A stretch of 64,000 bases of DNA from Diplonema japonicum (GCA_964019335.1 OZ025722.1:124001-188000), one strand, 5' to 3'. Shown: positions 32,365-45,661, numbered from the stretch's first letter. Numbers and translations: made by a program. Notes: generated by a model not told the origin, from the sequence alone.

Positions 32365-35225
32365 ATGGGCGAGGAAGAGAGCGTCAAGGTAGCTGTCAGG
32401 ATGCGGCTTTTCAACAACAGAGAGAAAACGGCCGGAGCGCACAGGGTAGTCCGCATGGCACAGGAAGAAAAGGGTTCGAAGACCTATATAGTAAACCCCG
32501 AAACGGGTAAAGAAAACTGTTTCGCATTCGACTACTCGTTCCAGTCGCACTCCGAAACAGAGCAGGGCATAGGCGAGTATGCCACCCAGGACACCGTTTT
32601 CAACGAGCTGGGAAAACCGGTTTTATACAACGCACTAGAGGGCAGAAACGTATGTCTATTCGCATATGGACAAACAGGCGCTGGTAAATCTTTCAGCATG
32701 CTTGGGAAAGCAGATCCCCCGGAGCTCCAAGGTATCATTCCACGATCCTGCCTTGAAATCTTCCGCCTCCGCGATGAGGAGAAAGATGATCCATGCGTGG
32801 CTTACAAAATCAGCATTCAGGTTGTAGAAGTATACTGTGAGATAATCAACGACCTCCTTGAAGTCCGCAGCAAATGGCCGCCAAACGGACATAAACCAAG
32901 ACTGACCAAAGATGGTTATGTCGTGGACACTGTGACCCGCCCTTGTTCATGCTACATCGATATCGAAAAAGCCTTTACAATTGCAGACAAGAATCGAAGT
33001 GTAGGGTCGCACGCGTTAAATCCGGAATCGTCCAGGGCACACACCATCTACACCATCAACTATATGCGGCAGAAGAAAACTTCCCCCGACGCCAAACAAG
33101 CTGAAACAATATCCGCGAAAATCAATCTTGTCGATCTAGCAGGCTCGGAACGGTCGGAATCAGCAGGGACATCCGGACAGATGCTCAAGGAAGGCAACGC
33201 CATCAACCTATCATTAACTGCACTAGGATCCACCATCAAAGCGTTGTCCGAAGGAAAACGCCCGAATTTTCGCGATTCTAAGCTGACTTTGCTCCTTCAA
33301 GGATCAATGACGAACGGGAAGGTCATCATGATCGCTGCCGTGTCGCCAGCTTCTATCTGTTACGATGAATCGATGTCGACTCTGCGCTTCGCGGAACGAA
33401 TTAAAATGGTGAAGATCAAGGCGAAGAAGAATGTGACTCAGGATCCAGTTGCAGAGATTAAAAAGGAGATGGAGGAAATGCGTAAAGCCATGCAAGATGA
33501 AATCAACAATCTGAAACTCCTCGCAGACGGGAAGGAACTACCGTCGTCCGGTGCTTCTTCCGAACTTCAAAAACTCCTCGCGGAACAAGAAGAAACCGAA
33601 CGGCAGTTGAAGGAGGACTTTGCAAAACAACTTGCTTCGTTCGAAACTGGTGCTAGCACGGAGGCCTCGGAGCAACAAGCCCGTGCGGCCATGGATGCAG
33701 AATGGGTGAACGAACTCGGCGCGGAAATGATGAAAAAAGCAGAATCGATCAAAGAACCACACCTCAGAAACCTCAACGAAGACGGGAGGCTTGCTGAAAC
33801 TCTGTTTTACTCGTTCAAGGAGGGCGTGACCAAAATAGGAAGGGCGAACAAAGACAACCCCGCAGACATCGAATTCAACGGGATGGGTATCACGAAAAAC
33901 CACGCCACAGTAAACTGGGACACCTCCACGAACAAGGTCGTGCTGACAAACTCGGAAAACGCCCCAACCACCGTGAACGGGAAAAAGATAACAGGGGATA
34001 TAGAACTGAAGCACAATGCAAGGGTATGGCTGGGAAACAACTACGCCTTTCGTTTTGTATTCCCTGGGTTCGAGTCTGTCGGTGAACAGCTGGAACAAGA
34101 TCCAGACTATCTCTTTGCAGAAGCTGAAATTGCAAACCAAGTAACAGGTCTTCCCACTGCACTGGGACATCAATTGTCAGAAGCCTTGAAAAAGGTCGAA
34201 CAGGCAAACATAATCACATCGGATCTTGGCAAACCTGTAACGTTCCAACCGAGGATCATCAAGAATCGTATCACTCACGAGGATAATGTTGTGGTTCAGG
34301 CTTTGTTCCCTCAAGGAGTTCTCGTGTGGCCGTGGGAAAAATTCAATCTTCGTTTGATGGAAATGGTCAAACTCTGGCAGCTGTGGCAGACCGCAAACGA
34401 CAGAGGCGAAACATTTGTCGAGCCTGAATCGGAAGAATCTCCTTTTGAAGACAGCGAACCACAACTGATAGGTGAAGCGGATATTTGGCTTCAATCCCTT
34501 GGAAACATGATAGAACATGAGGCTGATGCTTCACTTCTAGCTCCCATTGGCGATCCTGAAGGTAGGATCCAGCTTGAGATCAAACCCCTTGATTCGAAAG
34601 GCGAAGAGGGCCCATGGGACGGCGATAGAGAAGATCTCGACCCCTTCGTTGACTCCCCCGAAGAACTCCTCAACAAAGATATCCAATTCATCGTCAGAGT
34701 GAAGAAGATTATTTTCGAAGTCGATCTCAAAGAAGGCGGCGATTGCAAGTACGAGCAAGTCTGGGTCCGTTACAAGATCGACATCACCGATCCAACAGAG
34801 GAGTGGAGCCGAACAGGAGAATGCCAAGAATCAACATTCACACCATCTTACAATTGGACCAAGAAGCACACGCAGTTCGCAGACAAAGAATTCCTCGCTT
34901 TGCTGACTACCAGAAGGATCATCTTCCAAGTTTGGGGCAAACTTCGGCAGGTATTGTTTTTAATTGGTTTTATTATCTTATTACACAGCAAAAGCAGCTG
35001 GGGTCATCGTCGCCCTGCCGGCCCAAGAGCGCTGCAAAGGTGTCTGTCGACCCCAAGAAGCGGTGCATGGAGGACCTTGGGACTTGCATTACATTGTTGA
35101 AAGACGGCCCACCAAAACTGCCTGACGGATGGTGTGGGAAAAAAAAAAAAAAAAAAAAAAATAGGAACCTTGTGGCTGGGTACCGTCAGCCCAATGGTGA
35201 GGTGACCCTTGCTAGACCGAATTGA
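32365..35225 (+). CDS. Kinesin-3 motor with FHA domain, KIF28/KLP-6-like; introns 34951-34988 and 35132-35164
   Basis: VKVAVRMR, AYGQTGAGKS, SSRAH, LVDLAGSE; PHLRNLNED..L plus FHA; C-terminal FVDSPEELLNK C2-like region. Confidence 0.9.
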
Positions 35226-35631
35226 GGGGGGGGGGGGGGGGGGGATATTTGATATTGTAAAGTAGTACACACATTTTTTTTTCCCCCTCCACTGTCTTCT
35301 GTTATACTATTATATATATGTTTTTTTTCTTTTCCGGAGCCGACTGGTGGCCGTAGTGACTTGTCTAAAGTGGCAAGCATACCGACAACGCGGGCCAGTT
35401 ACTCTTTTTTATGCGAAAAAAAAGGAAGAGGGAGGGGAAGGGGGGGGGATTGTTTTTTTTTTTCTTATTTGGTTTTAAAAAAAAGATGAAGAAAGACAAA
35501 AAAAAAAAAAAAAAAGAAAAACAAATAAATGCAAGACAGATCGGCTTCACCTTATCTAATTGCTGGGTTCGATGAATCCTTCTTTTTTTTTTTGCCCCCC
35601 CACTCCCTTTTTAACGGAAACCCGATTCTGT

Positions 35632-35662
<31 letters not shown>

Positions 35663-35780
35663 CTTGGGGAGGTTTTTTTTTTTTTATATTCCAGGTTTCA
35701 TTGTGGTGTGTTGCCATTTCATTCTTTATTCCTCACAACAGGAGGGGGGAGGGGAAAAAAAAGGGAAAAAAAAAAAACCG

Positions 35781-35996
35781 ATGACGATTCCCTGCCATGT
35801 ACCTGAATCAGGAGAGAAGCAACTGCGTATGTTGTTTTTGACAGAGTTGCAGGAGAAACTGGTGAAACTTGAGCGAGAGGACCTTCTTCTTGGGTGCCAG
35901 GTGAATGAGTCTGATAGTGAATGTGGGGAAGAAACTCACTCGGAGTCGTTGTGTGATTACACGACAGACCCTTCAGAACACAGCTTGATGGTCTGA
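35781..35996 (+). CDS. Small hypothetical protein (71 aa)
   Basis: cacaacag acceptor-like site, then a purine run, then ATG, as for other genes; coding-like composition. Confidence 0.4.
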   Translation: MTIPCHVPESGEKQLRMLFLTELQEKLVKLEREDLLLGCQVNESDSECGEETHSESLCDYTTDPSEHSLMV

Positions 35997-36171
35997 AGAA
36001 AAAAAAAAAAAAAATACCTCCTGATACTTATCAGGGGGGAAAGGGGATGGAGGAAAGGCTATTAAGGAACGTATTTTTTTATTTTTTATTTTTTTGCTGA
36101 AAGGACTGAGAGAAGATTACCGGAAAGAAAGGATTGGAAGATATAAACGACAGCTAGGCACTACGGTGGGA

Positions 36172-36263
36172 AGCAGGGAACGACCCCAAAAGGGGAGCAT
36201 CATAAGGTAGGCACGCCACCGCGGCGGGCCGTTGCTAACCACTTCGTTCCTATCATAGTGAAT
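36172..36263. repeat. Dispersed repeat B, copy 1
   Basis: agcagggaacgaccccaaaagggg...ttcctatcatagtgaat recurs at 37778-37869, with shorter copies at 56756-56804 and 25535-25568. Confidence 0.85.
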
Positions 36264-36288
36264 CTTTTTTTTAATTCTTTTTTATTCT

Positions 36289-36371
36289 GGTGGTGGGGAT
36301 AACATAGGAAATATATTAAGAAGTACATCAGATGTGTTGTTCGCTGTTGACCCTCCTCATCGGTCATCACC
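36289..36371. repeat. Dispersed repeat A, partial copy
   Basis: ggtggtggggataacat...gaagtacatcagatgtgttgttcgctgttgacc matches 16987-17064. Confidence 0.85.
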
Positions 36372-37777
36372 AGACTGCTCGGGTGCGTTTTTTTTTCTCT
36401 TTTTTTTCTTTTTTCTTCCCCCCCATCTTTTGAAATATGAGGGGCTTATTTATTGCACTCCCGTGCAAATGATGAAAAACCCTCTTATTTTTAACGAATT
36501 TTTCGCCCGTGAAAGTCAAAAAAAAAAAAAAATAGCAATTTTGTTTCATGACAAAGGGGAGGGCTATATGCTTCACTCAGTACCCCCCCATTGGCTGACG
36601 TTTTAAATTTGAAAAAGGAAGAAAGAGGGGAAAAAAAAAAAAACAAAAACAAAAAAAGAACTCCGTGATGATAGAATCGGGGTGAGGTAGAACTTAGAGG
36701 AGGTAAAGAAGAAGGGGGAGCAAGGCAAACTTCCCTGGAAAACCCCGATCACCCGATTTAAAAAAAAAAAAAAGGTCATTATGTGAGTGAAGAAAATGAC
36801 AAGGGGGTGTTTAAGAAAAAAGATTTTTTTTTTAAAATAGCAATTTTGTTTCATGACAGGAAAGAAAAAGAAAAAAAGAAGAAAACATTTTTTTTTTAAA
36901 AAAAATCCGTGATGCGAATAGATAAAATTGAGAGAGAAAGAAGAAAGGGGGGGGGGGGGGACTCGAGCAAACTTCCCTGGAAACCTTCAGGGTGATCTGC
37001 GGTGCAACTTGATCATTTCTTTTATTTGCTTCTTGAGATGAGAAGAGAAGAAGAAAAAAAAAAAAGAAGAAAATCAATGTTTGTTTGTTTTAATTTTAAA
37101 TTCCGATATTTTTTTTTTTTTGTAGAGCAGGCAGAATATTGGTGGATGATACAGCAGTGGCGCTAAAGAAGTCACAATGCGAAGAAAAAAAAAAAAAAAA
37201 GAAGGGAGGGGTATATAAATAAAGAGAGGGAAAAATCAACACGGGCGTGTATTTTTGCAACCTAAACCAAACAGGTGATAAGAAGAAGAAAAAAACCCTC
37301 CTCGTTTTTCACCCTAGTTGGTACTATTTTTCGCACTCGAGAAAGAAAAAAAAAAATATAATACTGTATCTCCTCTTAATTTTTTGTTGTGTTGTTGCTA
37401 CACATATTTATCTACAAAACTGCTTTGACGGATGGCGTGTAGCTTAAAATCTTTTGATTTACAGTAAGATAACCAAACAACACCTTTCTCTCCCCCTTCC
37501 TCCTCCTCCTCCCCCTGGAATGTTTCTAATCGTTCTTTTTTTGTCACGAAGCCGGGGGAAACTCTGGTGGAGGTCTGTTGCGGTGATGACGTGCAAACCG
37601 CTCGTCGAAGCTGGGTATACCCCCAAGAATATATGTGTACCCCCGGCTACTGGGCTATCTATCTCGTGGGCAGAAAAGCGCGTCCCCTTGAAGGGGCATC
37701 AAAATTAGGACATCTCCCACCACCCCCCCAATTGTGAACTTGCTTCTCTTTTTTTTTTTTTTTTTTTATATTTTGGT

Positions 37778-37869
37778 AGCAGGGAATGACCCCAAAAGGG
37801 GAGCATCATAAGGTAGGCACGACACCGCGGCGGGCCGTTGTCAACCACATCGTTCCTATCATAGTGAAT
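37778..37869. repeat. Dispersed repeat B, copy 2
   Basis: Near-identical to 36172-36263. Confidence 0.85.
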
Positions 37870-38340
37870 TTTATTTCTATTCGTAGATGTAGCATAGGGC
37901 GAAGGCATTCGTTCGAAGGAGAGAAACTAGTCCTATTTTCTTTTTTCTTTTTTCTTGGGAAAAAAAAAAAAAAAAAAAAAAAAGGGACAAGGAAACCGCA
38001 TTCGGCGCTGCTTTACTAAAGAAAATAAGAGAAGAGGAAACAAAAAAAAGAAGGGTCATTTTTTTTGGGAGGTGGGGGGAGTACACTTTTGCCTAAGTTT
38101 ACAGACGGAAAACGCACCGAGAGGGTGTTCTTGCGCTTGTGTAGGCTGACCTGTGTGTGCTCCCTGGCCTCACATCTGCCCTGTTCTGTTGTTCTTAAAA
38201 TCCGCACTTCACCTTACGCATCACCAAGTCACTTGGTCGTTGTTCACCTTTCCCCCTCGTTTTTTTTCTCTCTCTTTTTTTTAAAAGATCCCCCATTTCC
38301 CCTTGCTCTCTCCCGTATGAATGGCTTTTCGTATAAAAGG

Positions 38341-38377
<37 letters not shown>

Positions 38378-38676
38378 TATGACTATATGTCTTTGTTGTT
38401 CGCACGAGCAAAAAAGATTTTTAAAAAGCTGCGAAAGTTTTTTGCTCGGCACAAGTTGCATATAGTTATAAAATCATTTTTTGAAAGATAAATATTTGTA
38501 ACAAAAAAAAAAAAAAAAAAAAAAAAGAAAAAAGAGTGGCTGAGGCAGCTCAGTATTTATCTCAGGATTTATGCCGTGTGCCCAGACAAATGCTAAAATT
38601 CGACTCTTTTAAATTGCCCCCTTACCCTGCATGGGGTGGGGATAAGGAGAGAAAGTAGCGCGAAAGAAAAAAGAAA

Positions 38677-38716
<40 letters not shown>

Positions 38717-39128
38717 AAAATTGACTTTTTTTTCTCTTGATGTTTTGTGGGGGAGGGGGGGGGGGGGTAAATGCGCGATGGGATTAATTGCTATTTTATA
38801 TTTTCTTTTTTTTTTTTTTAGCCCACACACACCCTCGGCTTTCCCCCCTTCCCTCTTTCTTTTTTAATTTACAGCAATTCCTTCGTCACAAAAGAATCGA
38901 GACAAATCATGCGGGAAAAAAACCCCTTCCCCCCCCCTTTTTTTCTTTTATTTCCTTTCCTTCCTTCTTACTCGCTTTTTTTTCTCGATTATTATTATTG
39001 TTATTATTATTATTATTATTTTTTTTTTTGCAACCACCAAACTACCGAGAGAGCCCCAACCCCCCACACAACAGGGAGAAAAAAAAAAGAAATACACACA
39101 CGGGGGGAAAAGAAAAAAAAAAAAAGAA

Positions 39129-40922
39129 ATGCCAACCGAACCCGATCGGCTAAGCAAAGGGTTGAACACGTTGGAGGTTCTGATAAAATCGATGGGAAAA
39201 GGGAACGAAGAGATCAGCCGCAGGCTGACAAATTTCGACGAGATGACCACGGGCCTGGCAGGGAAGGTCTGCGAGCTCCAGAGCAAGATAGAGGGACTGA
39301 GGGAGTGCCAGGAAAACATCACTGCAACAAAGAAAGTCGTTGATACCGTCACGGCAAAATTCAACAACATAGAAAAGGCAAAAAGCCAACTGAACAAAGG
39401 ATCGAGTCTGGAAACGGAAGAATTACTTGCAACATGCGATGCGCTTCGAGAAGCGGTGCGGCACGCACAGTCTCTGTGTCAGTCCACACCCGATTCCCGT
39501 TCTTATATGCGATTGGAGGAACAACAATCTCTTCTTGATGTTGCTTCAACATTACTTGATAACCGCTTCCGGGGCATCATCACCACCCAGGTCAAGACGA
39601 TAGATTTCAAAACAACTTCTTCAACAGAAAACCTGTCCTTCATGGGTCCCAACGAGGTGGGTCTTCTCGTTAAGATTGTTTCGAGAATTCACAACAACGC
39701 TTCGCATTATGAAGAGTTTTCAGCGGTGCTTCAAAAGGCCATTAACACATCTGTAGCAACCTGTACGGAAACCGTGATCGCCGCCGCGGAAGAAGGGTTG
39801 AAGGAAAAGAAACGGAAAGAATTCTACCCTCCAGGAAGCCATGCTTGCCTGAGCTCGCTTTGGTTTTACAAACGGATAATTGTCGCGGCAACCTCGTTGG
39901 GAAAATCAATATTCGGTGAGACAACGTGGATATCGTATCAGAAACAATGTTCTTCAGAGGAAGCTAGGAATTTTCACGCGGTGGGAAGCATTACGTCAAT
40001 GTTGCAATCGGTGGCGAACCATTTTGGAAGGTGTCCCGCTGTTGATCAAATATATGTTTATTTAGATGTTTTGAAAGTGTTTTTTGCGCCGGAATGGGAT
40101 GAGACGTTTAAAGGCCCCGATTGGACATCGATGTCGAACAGCATCTGCACGAAGGCGAACCAAGGCGTGCAGAAATATCTCGCAGAGCTACGCCACCCAA
40201 CCGACCCGGCACCCCCCGACGGAACTGTATACTCGTCTGTGCTTTCCTCTGTACACTTGCTAGCGAGGATTCTACGGTCATACGGCGAGCATCACTTCAA
40301 CATAGTTGCATCGAGAGAACAGTCAGCTATACTCACGTTTCGAGATTTTTTTTCAGAAGTTATGACCCTCCTCGGAACGTGTATCAATGATCGTTCGGAA
40401 CAGCTTGCCTCTAAGAGGAGCATGTCGCTTCCTTATGTGTTCCGTTTGAACAACAATCAATATCTGTACAGTCACATGATAGAGTTAAACGTTTCTTGGG
40501 TCACAGAGGAGTACTGCCCTGAATTGATGCAAGAGGTGGAGACATTGAAGGCGAAATACCTTAAGATGTCGTGGAACAAAATGGCGTCGGTTACATCAAC
40601 AGAGAGAGAGCCCGCACCGTTGTCTTCGGACACGAAGGATTGGATCAAGAAGCGGTTCAAGCACTTCAACGAGATGGTGGAAACCCGCGTTTCCGAAGAA
40701 CACGGCTACAACATCCCCAACCCGGACCTTAAGAGGGGTCTCCGGCAATGCGTTGCCGATTACGTTCTACTGCATTACAGCGCGTTTCACGCAAAATACG
40801 CGATGGTCGCGTTCTCACGCACGCCGGAGAGATACATAAAATACGCCCCTGACAGACAGAATTCCCGCTTGCTCGACGCCACCGGCCAGAGTGTAATGGA
40901 TAAGTTGTTCACGAAACAGTGA
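39129..40922 (+). CDS. EXO70: Exocyst complex component Exo70
   Basis: PPDGTV; VFRLNNNQYL; IKKRFKHFN...IPNPDLKRGLR...YSAF..KY..FSRTPERYIKY. Confidence 0.9.
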   Translation: MPTEPDRLSKGLNTLEVLIKSMGKGNEEISRRLTNFDEMTTGLAGKVCELQSKIEGLRECQENITATKKVVDTVTAKFNNIEKAKSQLNKGSSLETEELLATCDALREAVRHAQSLCQSTPDSRSYMRLEEQQSLLDVASTLLDNRFRGIITTQVKTIDFKTTSSTENLSFMGPNEVGLLVKIVSRIHNNASHYEEFSAVLQKAINTSVATCTETVIAAAEEGLKEKKRKEFYPPGSHACLSSLWFYKRIIVAATSLGKSIFGETTWISYQKQCSSEEARNFHAVGSITSMLQSVANHFGRCPAVDQIYVYLDVLKVFFAPEWDETFKGPDWTSMSNSICTKANQGVQKYLAELRHPTDPAPPDGTVYSSVLSSVHLLARILRSYGEHHFNIVASREQSAILTFRDFFSEVMTLLGTCINDRSEQLASKRSMSLPYVFRLNNNQYLYSHMIELNVSWVTEEYCPELMQEVETLKAKYLKMSWNKMASVTSTEREPAPLSSDTKDWIKKRFKHFNEMVETRVSEEHGYNIPNPDLKRGLRQCVADYVLLHYSAFHAKYAMVAFSRTPERYIKYAPDRQNSRLLDATGQSVMDKLFTKQ

Positions 40923-41021
40923 AGAAAAGAGAAGAAAAAAAAAAAAATAGAATTTGTTTTTCCGTATTTTCTTTTTTTGTGCAAATAATCGGAAAGACGG
41001 AGGGGGGAGGTCGAAAAAAAG

Positions 41022-42398
41022 ATGGCGAGTCCCAAAGACCCAAAAGTGGAGCAAAGGATCAACGATCTGGCGATGAGGGGTGTCGTGGAGAAAAAAAAGA
41101 AGCTGAAGCGAAAAAGGGAGGAAGAAGAGAAGGAGAAAGAGAAGCAGGAACAGCTGGAAAAAGCTGAGAGGGAAAAACAACAACAACAACAACAACAGCA
41201 GCAACAACAACAAGACGCAGACCCAACAAAAAGCAGGGAAGGGAGCCCTGCCGCATCGGTCCCGCCGAAGGACGAGAAAAAAGAAGAAAAAGAAAGAGAA
41301 CGGAGCAAAAGACGGCAAAGCAGACGAAGAGACGCATCGCCGGGATTCTCCACAGGCGCGACAACGCCCAAAGCAACACTGGAAGACATGGGCGGTGTAG
41401 AAGGAATTCTGGAAAATCTTAACGAGCTGATCGGTTTCCCTCTGTCCCATCCTGAACTATTCAAAATCCTGGGAACGGAACCTGTAAGCGGGATTCTCCT
41501 GCACGGTCCTCCAGGCTGCGGTAAGACAAGGCTGTGTCATGCTATCGCTCACGCATTGCAAGTTCCTTTCTTCGCGATAAATGGACCCGAAATTGTGTCG
41601 GGAGTGTCTGGTGATTCCGAAGCTCGCCTCCGTGCAATCTTCACAGAAGCCAGCTCAGCAGCACCTTCTCTCATTCTTATTGATGAAGTCGATGCCATAG
41701 CGGGTAAACGGGAAGACGCGGGAAAAGCTATGGAAGCTCGCATTGTCGCACAATTACAAACATGCATGGACGATTTATCCGCATTATGGAAAAGCCAACA
41801 CAAGGCCGTCATCGTTCTCGGAGCGACGAACAGACCAGAGGTCATCGAGCCAGCGTTGAGACGCAGCGGGAGGTTCGACAGGGAGATCAGTTTGGGCATC
41901 CCGTCCTTGAAGGGGAGGGAGAGCATCTTACGGGTTTTGACAAAGGGGATTAAGAAGTCGGACGATGTCAACCTCCAGGAAATTAGTTTTCTGACGCCTG
42001 GTTTCGTGGGTGCCGACTTGCACGCTGTTGTTAAGGAAGCCGCTATGCTGTGCATGAAGGAGATCCGTGGTACCATTCTCGCCGCCGCGCAACAGCAGCA
42101 GCAGCCAGACGACGCTGCCTCCATTGTGCGTCGTGTGTCCATACCCGAGAACCTTAACCTGGACGAGGTTGCCGTTGTCAGGATGCACCACTTCGAGCGC
42201 GCGGTGACCCGCGTGCAGCCCAGCAGTATGCGTGAGGGGTTCAGTACAGTATGTGGAATGGAAAGAGATGGGAGTGGGGGGTAAAAAAAAAAATTACAGA
42301 TCCCTGATGTCCAGTGGGCCGACGTTGGTGCGCTTGAAGAAGTTCGCAGGGAGATGGACCTGTGGGTGCAGAAACCAATCAGATACCCGGAGCTTTAC

Positions 42399-42441
<43 letters not shown>

Positions 42442-43271
42442 GGAAAAAAAAAAAAAAAATCCGCACAACAGCGTATGGGATTGGGTCAGCCAGCAGGACT
42501 GTTGTTGTTCGGGCCGCCCGGGTGCGGGAAAACCTTGGTATACAAATATTTATAATAAAAAAAAAAAATAATAATAATAAATAAAAAAAGGTCGCGAAAG
42601 CCATTGCACACGAAGCATCAGCGAACTTCATCTCTGTTAAGGGCCCGGAGCTTCTGAACAAATACGTGGGGGAGTCGGAGAGGGCGGTGAGGATGGTGTT
42701 CGCCAGGGGGAGGGCGTCTGCACCATGCGTGCTCTTCTTCGACGAACTGGACGCCCTGGCCCCGAAGCGAGGCAACGACAGGTCCACCCCAGGCGCCGAG
42801 AGGCTTGTGAACCAGCTTCTTACAGAAATGGACGGAGTCGAAGGCAGGAAGCAGGTCTTCGTCATAGCCGCCACCAACCGTGTCGACATGATCGACCCTG
42901 CCATGATGAGGCCGGGGAGGTTTGATAAAGTTCTTTACGTGCCGCTCCCTTCAGATGAGCAGCGAGTCTCTGTTCTTACGACACTCTGCAGAAAGACGCC
43001 ACTTGCAGAAGATGTTGAGCTTTCCAAGATTGCCCTGGACCCCCGGTGCAAAGGGTTCTCAGGTGCCGACATTAAGGGTCTCGTGCGCGAGGCAGCCATG
43101 TCGGCGGTTCGTAAAATTCTTGAAACCGACGCCGACCCCACCAAAACCACGTACGTCACCGCGTCGGACTTCGAGTGTGCACTTGAACGGACGAAGCCCT
43201 CCGTGTCTGAGAAAGACCGTCGCCATTATGAAAACCTGTGGAGCAAGCGGATGGAAGAGCAGAACGCGTAG
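41022..43271 (+). CDS. NVL: Nuclear VCP-like AAA+ ATPase (NVL/Rix7); introns 42249-42299, 42402-42471, 42538-42590
   Basis: D1 GILLHGPPGCGKT and EIVSGVSGDSE; VQPSSMREGFST|IPDVQWADVGAL; spliced D2 GLLLFGPPGCGKTL|VAKAIA...KGPELLNKYVGESERAVR. Confidence 0.92.
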
Positions 43272-43442
43272 GGGGGGGGGGAAGAAAAAAGAATTTAGCA
43301 AAAAAAAAAAAAATACCCCTCCTTTTTTTTTTTTCCGGATCATTTTTTTTTTTTTTTTTTTCGTGGTTTTCTTGAAAGCTTTTCTGATTAATGCACATTA
43401 AAGAAAGGGGGGAAGAAAAAAGGAAAAAAAAAAAAAAAAAAA

Positions 43443-44073
43443 ATGCCTGTTTCGGGTATTCTGTACGGGCACGCTGTGTCGCAGCCGTGTCGTTCAGTGC
43501 AGTGGTACTTGGATTACTGTGGGAACACCACGGTGGAGAGGAAGCTGGTGGACCTCAGGGGCAAGGAGCAGATGAAACCGGAATTCCTTGCAAAGTTCCC
43601 GAACCACCAGGTGCCTGCATTTGAAACTGAAGACGGATTTTGCTTTGGAGAATCACTTGCAGTCTTGAAGTACGTGGCAAGAGGCGACCCCGAGATGACA
43701 CCAAAGACAATTCAGGACGAAGCACGTCTTGACGAGTACTTTGGAAGGCATTACTCTCAAGTTAGAAAATTTACAAGGGAGGTGTTTTACCACCACCTCG
43801 TCTCCAAGGAAATGGACAAGAAGACAGAAGGGTTGGTGGTCATCAAGCCGCTGCTTGAGACCTACGACGCTCTGCTGGGTAAGCAGGACTATGTGCTAGG
43901 AAGCAGCCTAACCCTCGCCGACTTCCTCTTCGCCCCTGAAGTTGACCAGCTGCAGTTCGTCGACGACAATGTGCTCTTGCCATATAAGAACATCTTAAGC
44001 TACCTTGAGCGCCTGACCACAAACATAAAAGGTTACAAGGAGGATATTTCTGCCATGAAGGCTGCCATCGGTC

Positions 44074-44078
<5 letters not shown>
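43443..44078 (+). CDS. Glutathione S-transferase, theta-like
   Basis: SQPCRSV; EFLAKFPNHQVP; GESLAVLKY; LTLADF. Confidence 0.9.
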
Positions 44079-44106
<28 letters not shown>

Positions 44107-44355
44107 GAAATTCCCTATGCAAAAACTGTCTCCGTAGGAATTCTTTTTTTATTTTATTTTTTATATTTCTCTCTTCTTACGAACGTCTCGCACATTTATG
44201 TGTTTCGAAAAAAAAAAACTTATTTCTACCCCCTCCCCCCATTTGTTAGAAAATGATTCTGCTGTTGAGAAACCCGCATTTTTCTTTTTTTTTTTTTGCA
44301 ACTTCATTCAGAATCATTTTGGTATCCACGTGGGGGGGGGGGGGGGGGGGGGGGC

Positions 44356-45314
44356 GGCTATGCTGGCATGGAAGGGAAACGGAAACGGAAACGTTTCCCT
44401 ATTTTGGGGCCGTTTCCTTGGGGCAGAAACGTTTCCTTATTTTGGGGGTTTTAGAGACTTGTTTTTTTGGGGGCAAATCACTCGGAAGAAATATACGGGA
44501 CAAGGGGGCCAGTGTTGGTGGCCCTGGGGAAATCTTCTGGGTTTCGATGAAGGATGCGATTGTGGCATCCATTTTTTTGAACAGCGTCGTCAACCAGCCT
44601 TACGCTCAGAGATTTCCTGTCCGGTAGCTCGTACGTGGCCCCGAGCGGAAGGCGCTTCACCTTCTCAAACAGTGCCTTGAATGTTCTGTGAACAGAAAAT
44701 ATGAGAGGACACGAAACAGATAAACATCATACCGATGTTCGACCCTCAAAAATGGGGTCCCAGTTTCGAGAAAGAAATCCCGAACAGCCCTGTCCACGTC
44801 GTCTGGCGTGCTTGTAGCAGTTAAAAATGGCGTCATTGGCCTGTTCTCCACTTTACGCTTCCTCGTTCCCTCTGCCTCAGCCTTCGCCTCCGCTGTCGCT
44901 TTCTCCAACAGCTTCTTGTGGGGCTTCACACTATCCCCTTTTGGGGACACACGTCGCTACTCCTTGGCCTTTTGTTTGGAACATGTGGGCGCGGAGTCTG
45001 CTGGTTGACGCTACTGTGAAGACCACATCACAGAACGACATTTTACTGTCTTCTTCTTCCCATCCTCCGCCTGAACCTCCACCCCATCCCACAAAGCGCC
45101 TCCAGACTTTCGTTTTTGTAGAGACCGACGTGCGCTTTCCTTGTAAAACCTCAAAAGTAAGTATCTTCAAAAACCCCAAATACATAAGGACCTTCTAAAC
45201 AGTGTTTACCGAAATATACATAGCCGTTTCCATAACCATGGAAACGCGTTTCCATGAGAATTTTAAAAACATGGAAACGGAAACGTTTCTACGTTTCCTG
45301 CCAGCATAGCCCTA
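44356..45314 (-). mobile_element. Internally deleted hAT DNA transposon inserted in a poly-G tract
   Basis: TIR ggctatgctggca (44356-44368) / tgccagcatagcc(cta) (45299-45314); subterminal GGAAAC/GAAACGTTTC repeats. Minus-strand remnant, with intron 44686-44732 removed, reads DRAVRDFFLETGTPFLRVEHRTFKALFEKVKRLPLGATYELPDRKSLS, which is hAT-like. Confidence 0.82.
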
Positions 45315-45542
45315 GGGGGGGGGGGGGGGGGGAGTCAAGTTAACGTTTTCCCTTCGATAACTGTCCCTTTCGTGTATGAAATGACATTGTAAATTGGGCC
45401 CTCTCTCTCTTTCTTTCTTTCTTTCCGTTCTTTTTCTTCACAAAAAAAAAGGGGAGGGAAAAAAAAAAAAAAGCAACGCGCGCTCGTTGTACTATAACGG
45501 TGAGCTGGCCTTTTTTTTTTTTTTTTTTCTGAAGGAAATAAA

Positions 45543-45583
<41 letters not shown>

Positions 45584-45661
45584 TACTTTTATGCAAACTC
45601 GCGCCAAAAAAAAAAGAAGAAAACAAAAAACAAAAAACAAAAAAGAAATGCCCGCACTGCC

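Noticed and set aside
36525-36990. Local duplication containing GTGATGA, a possible C/D snoRNA
   Set aside because: No well-placed D box or terminal stem; it looks like a decayed tandem duplication.
38080-38200. Possible remnant of the PH-like family (KFTDGKRTERVFL)
   Set aside because: Similarity is too short to support without an alignment.
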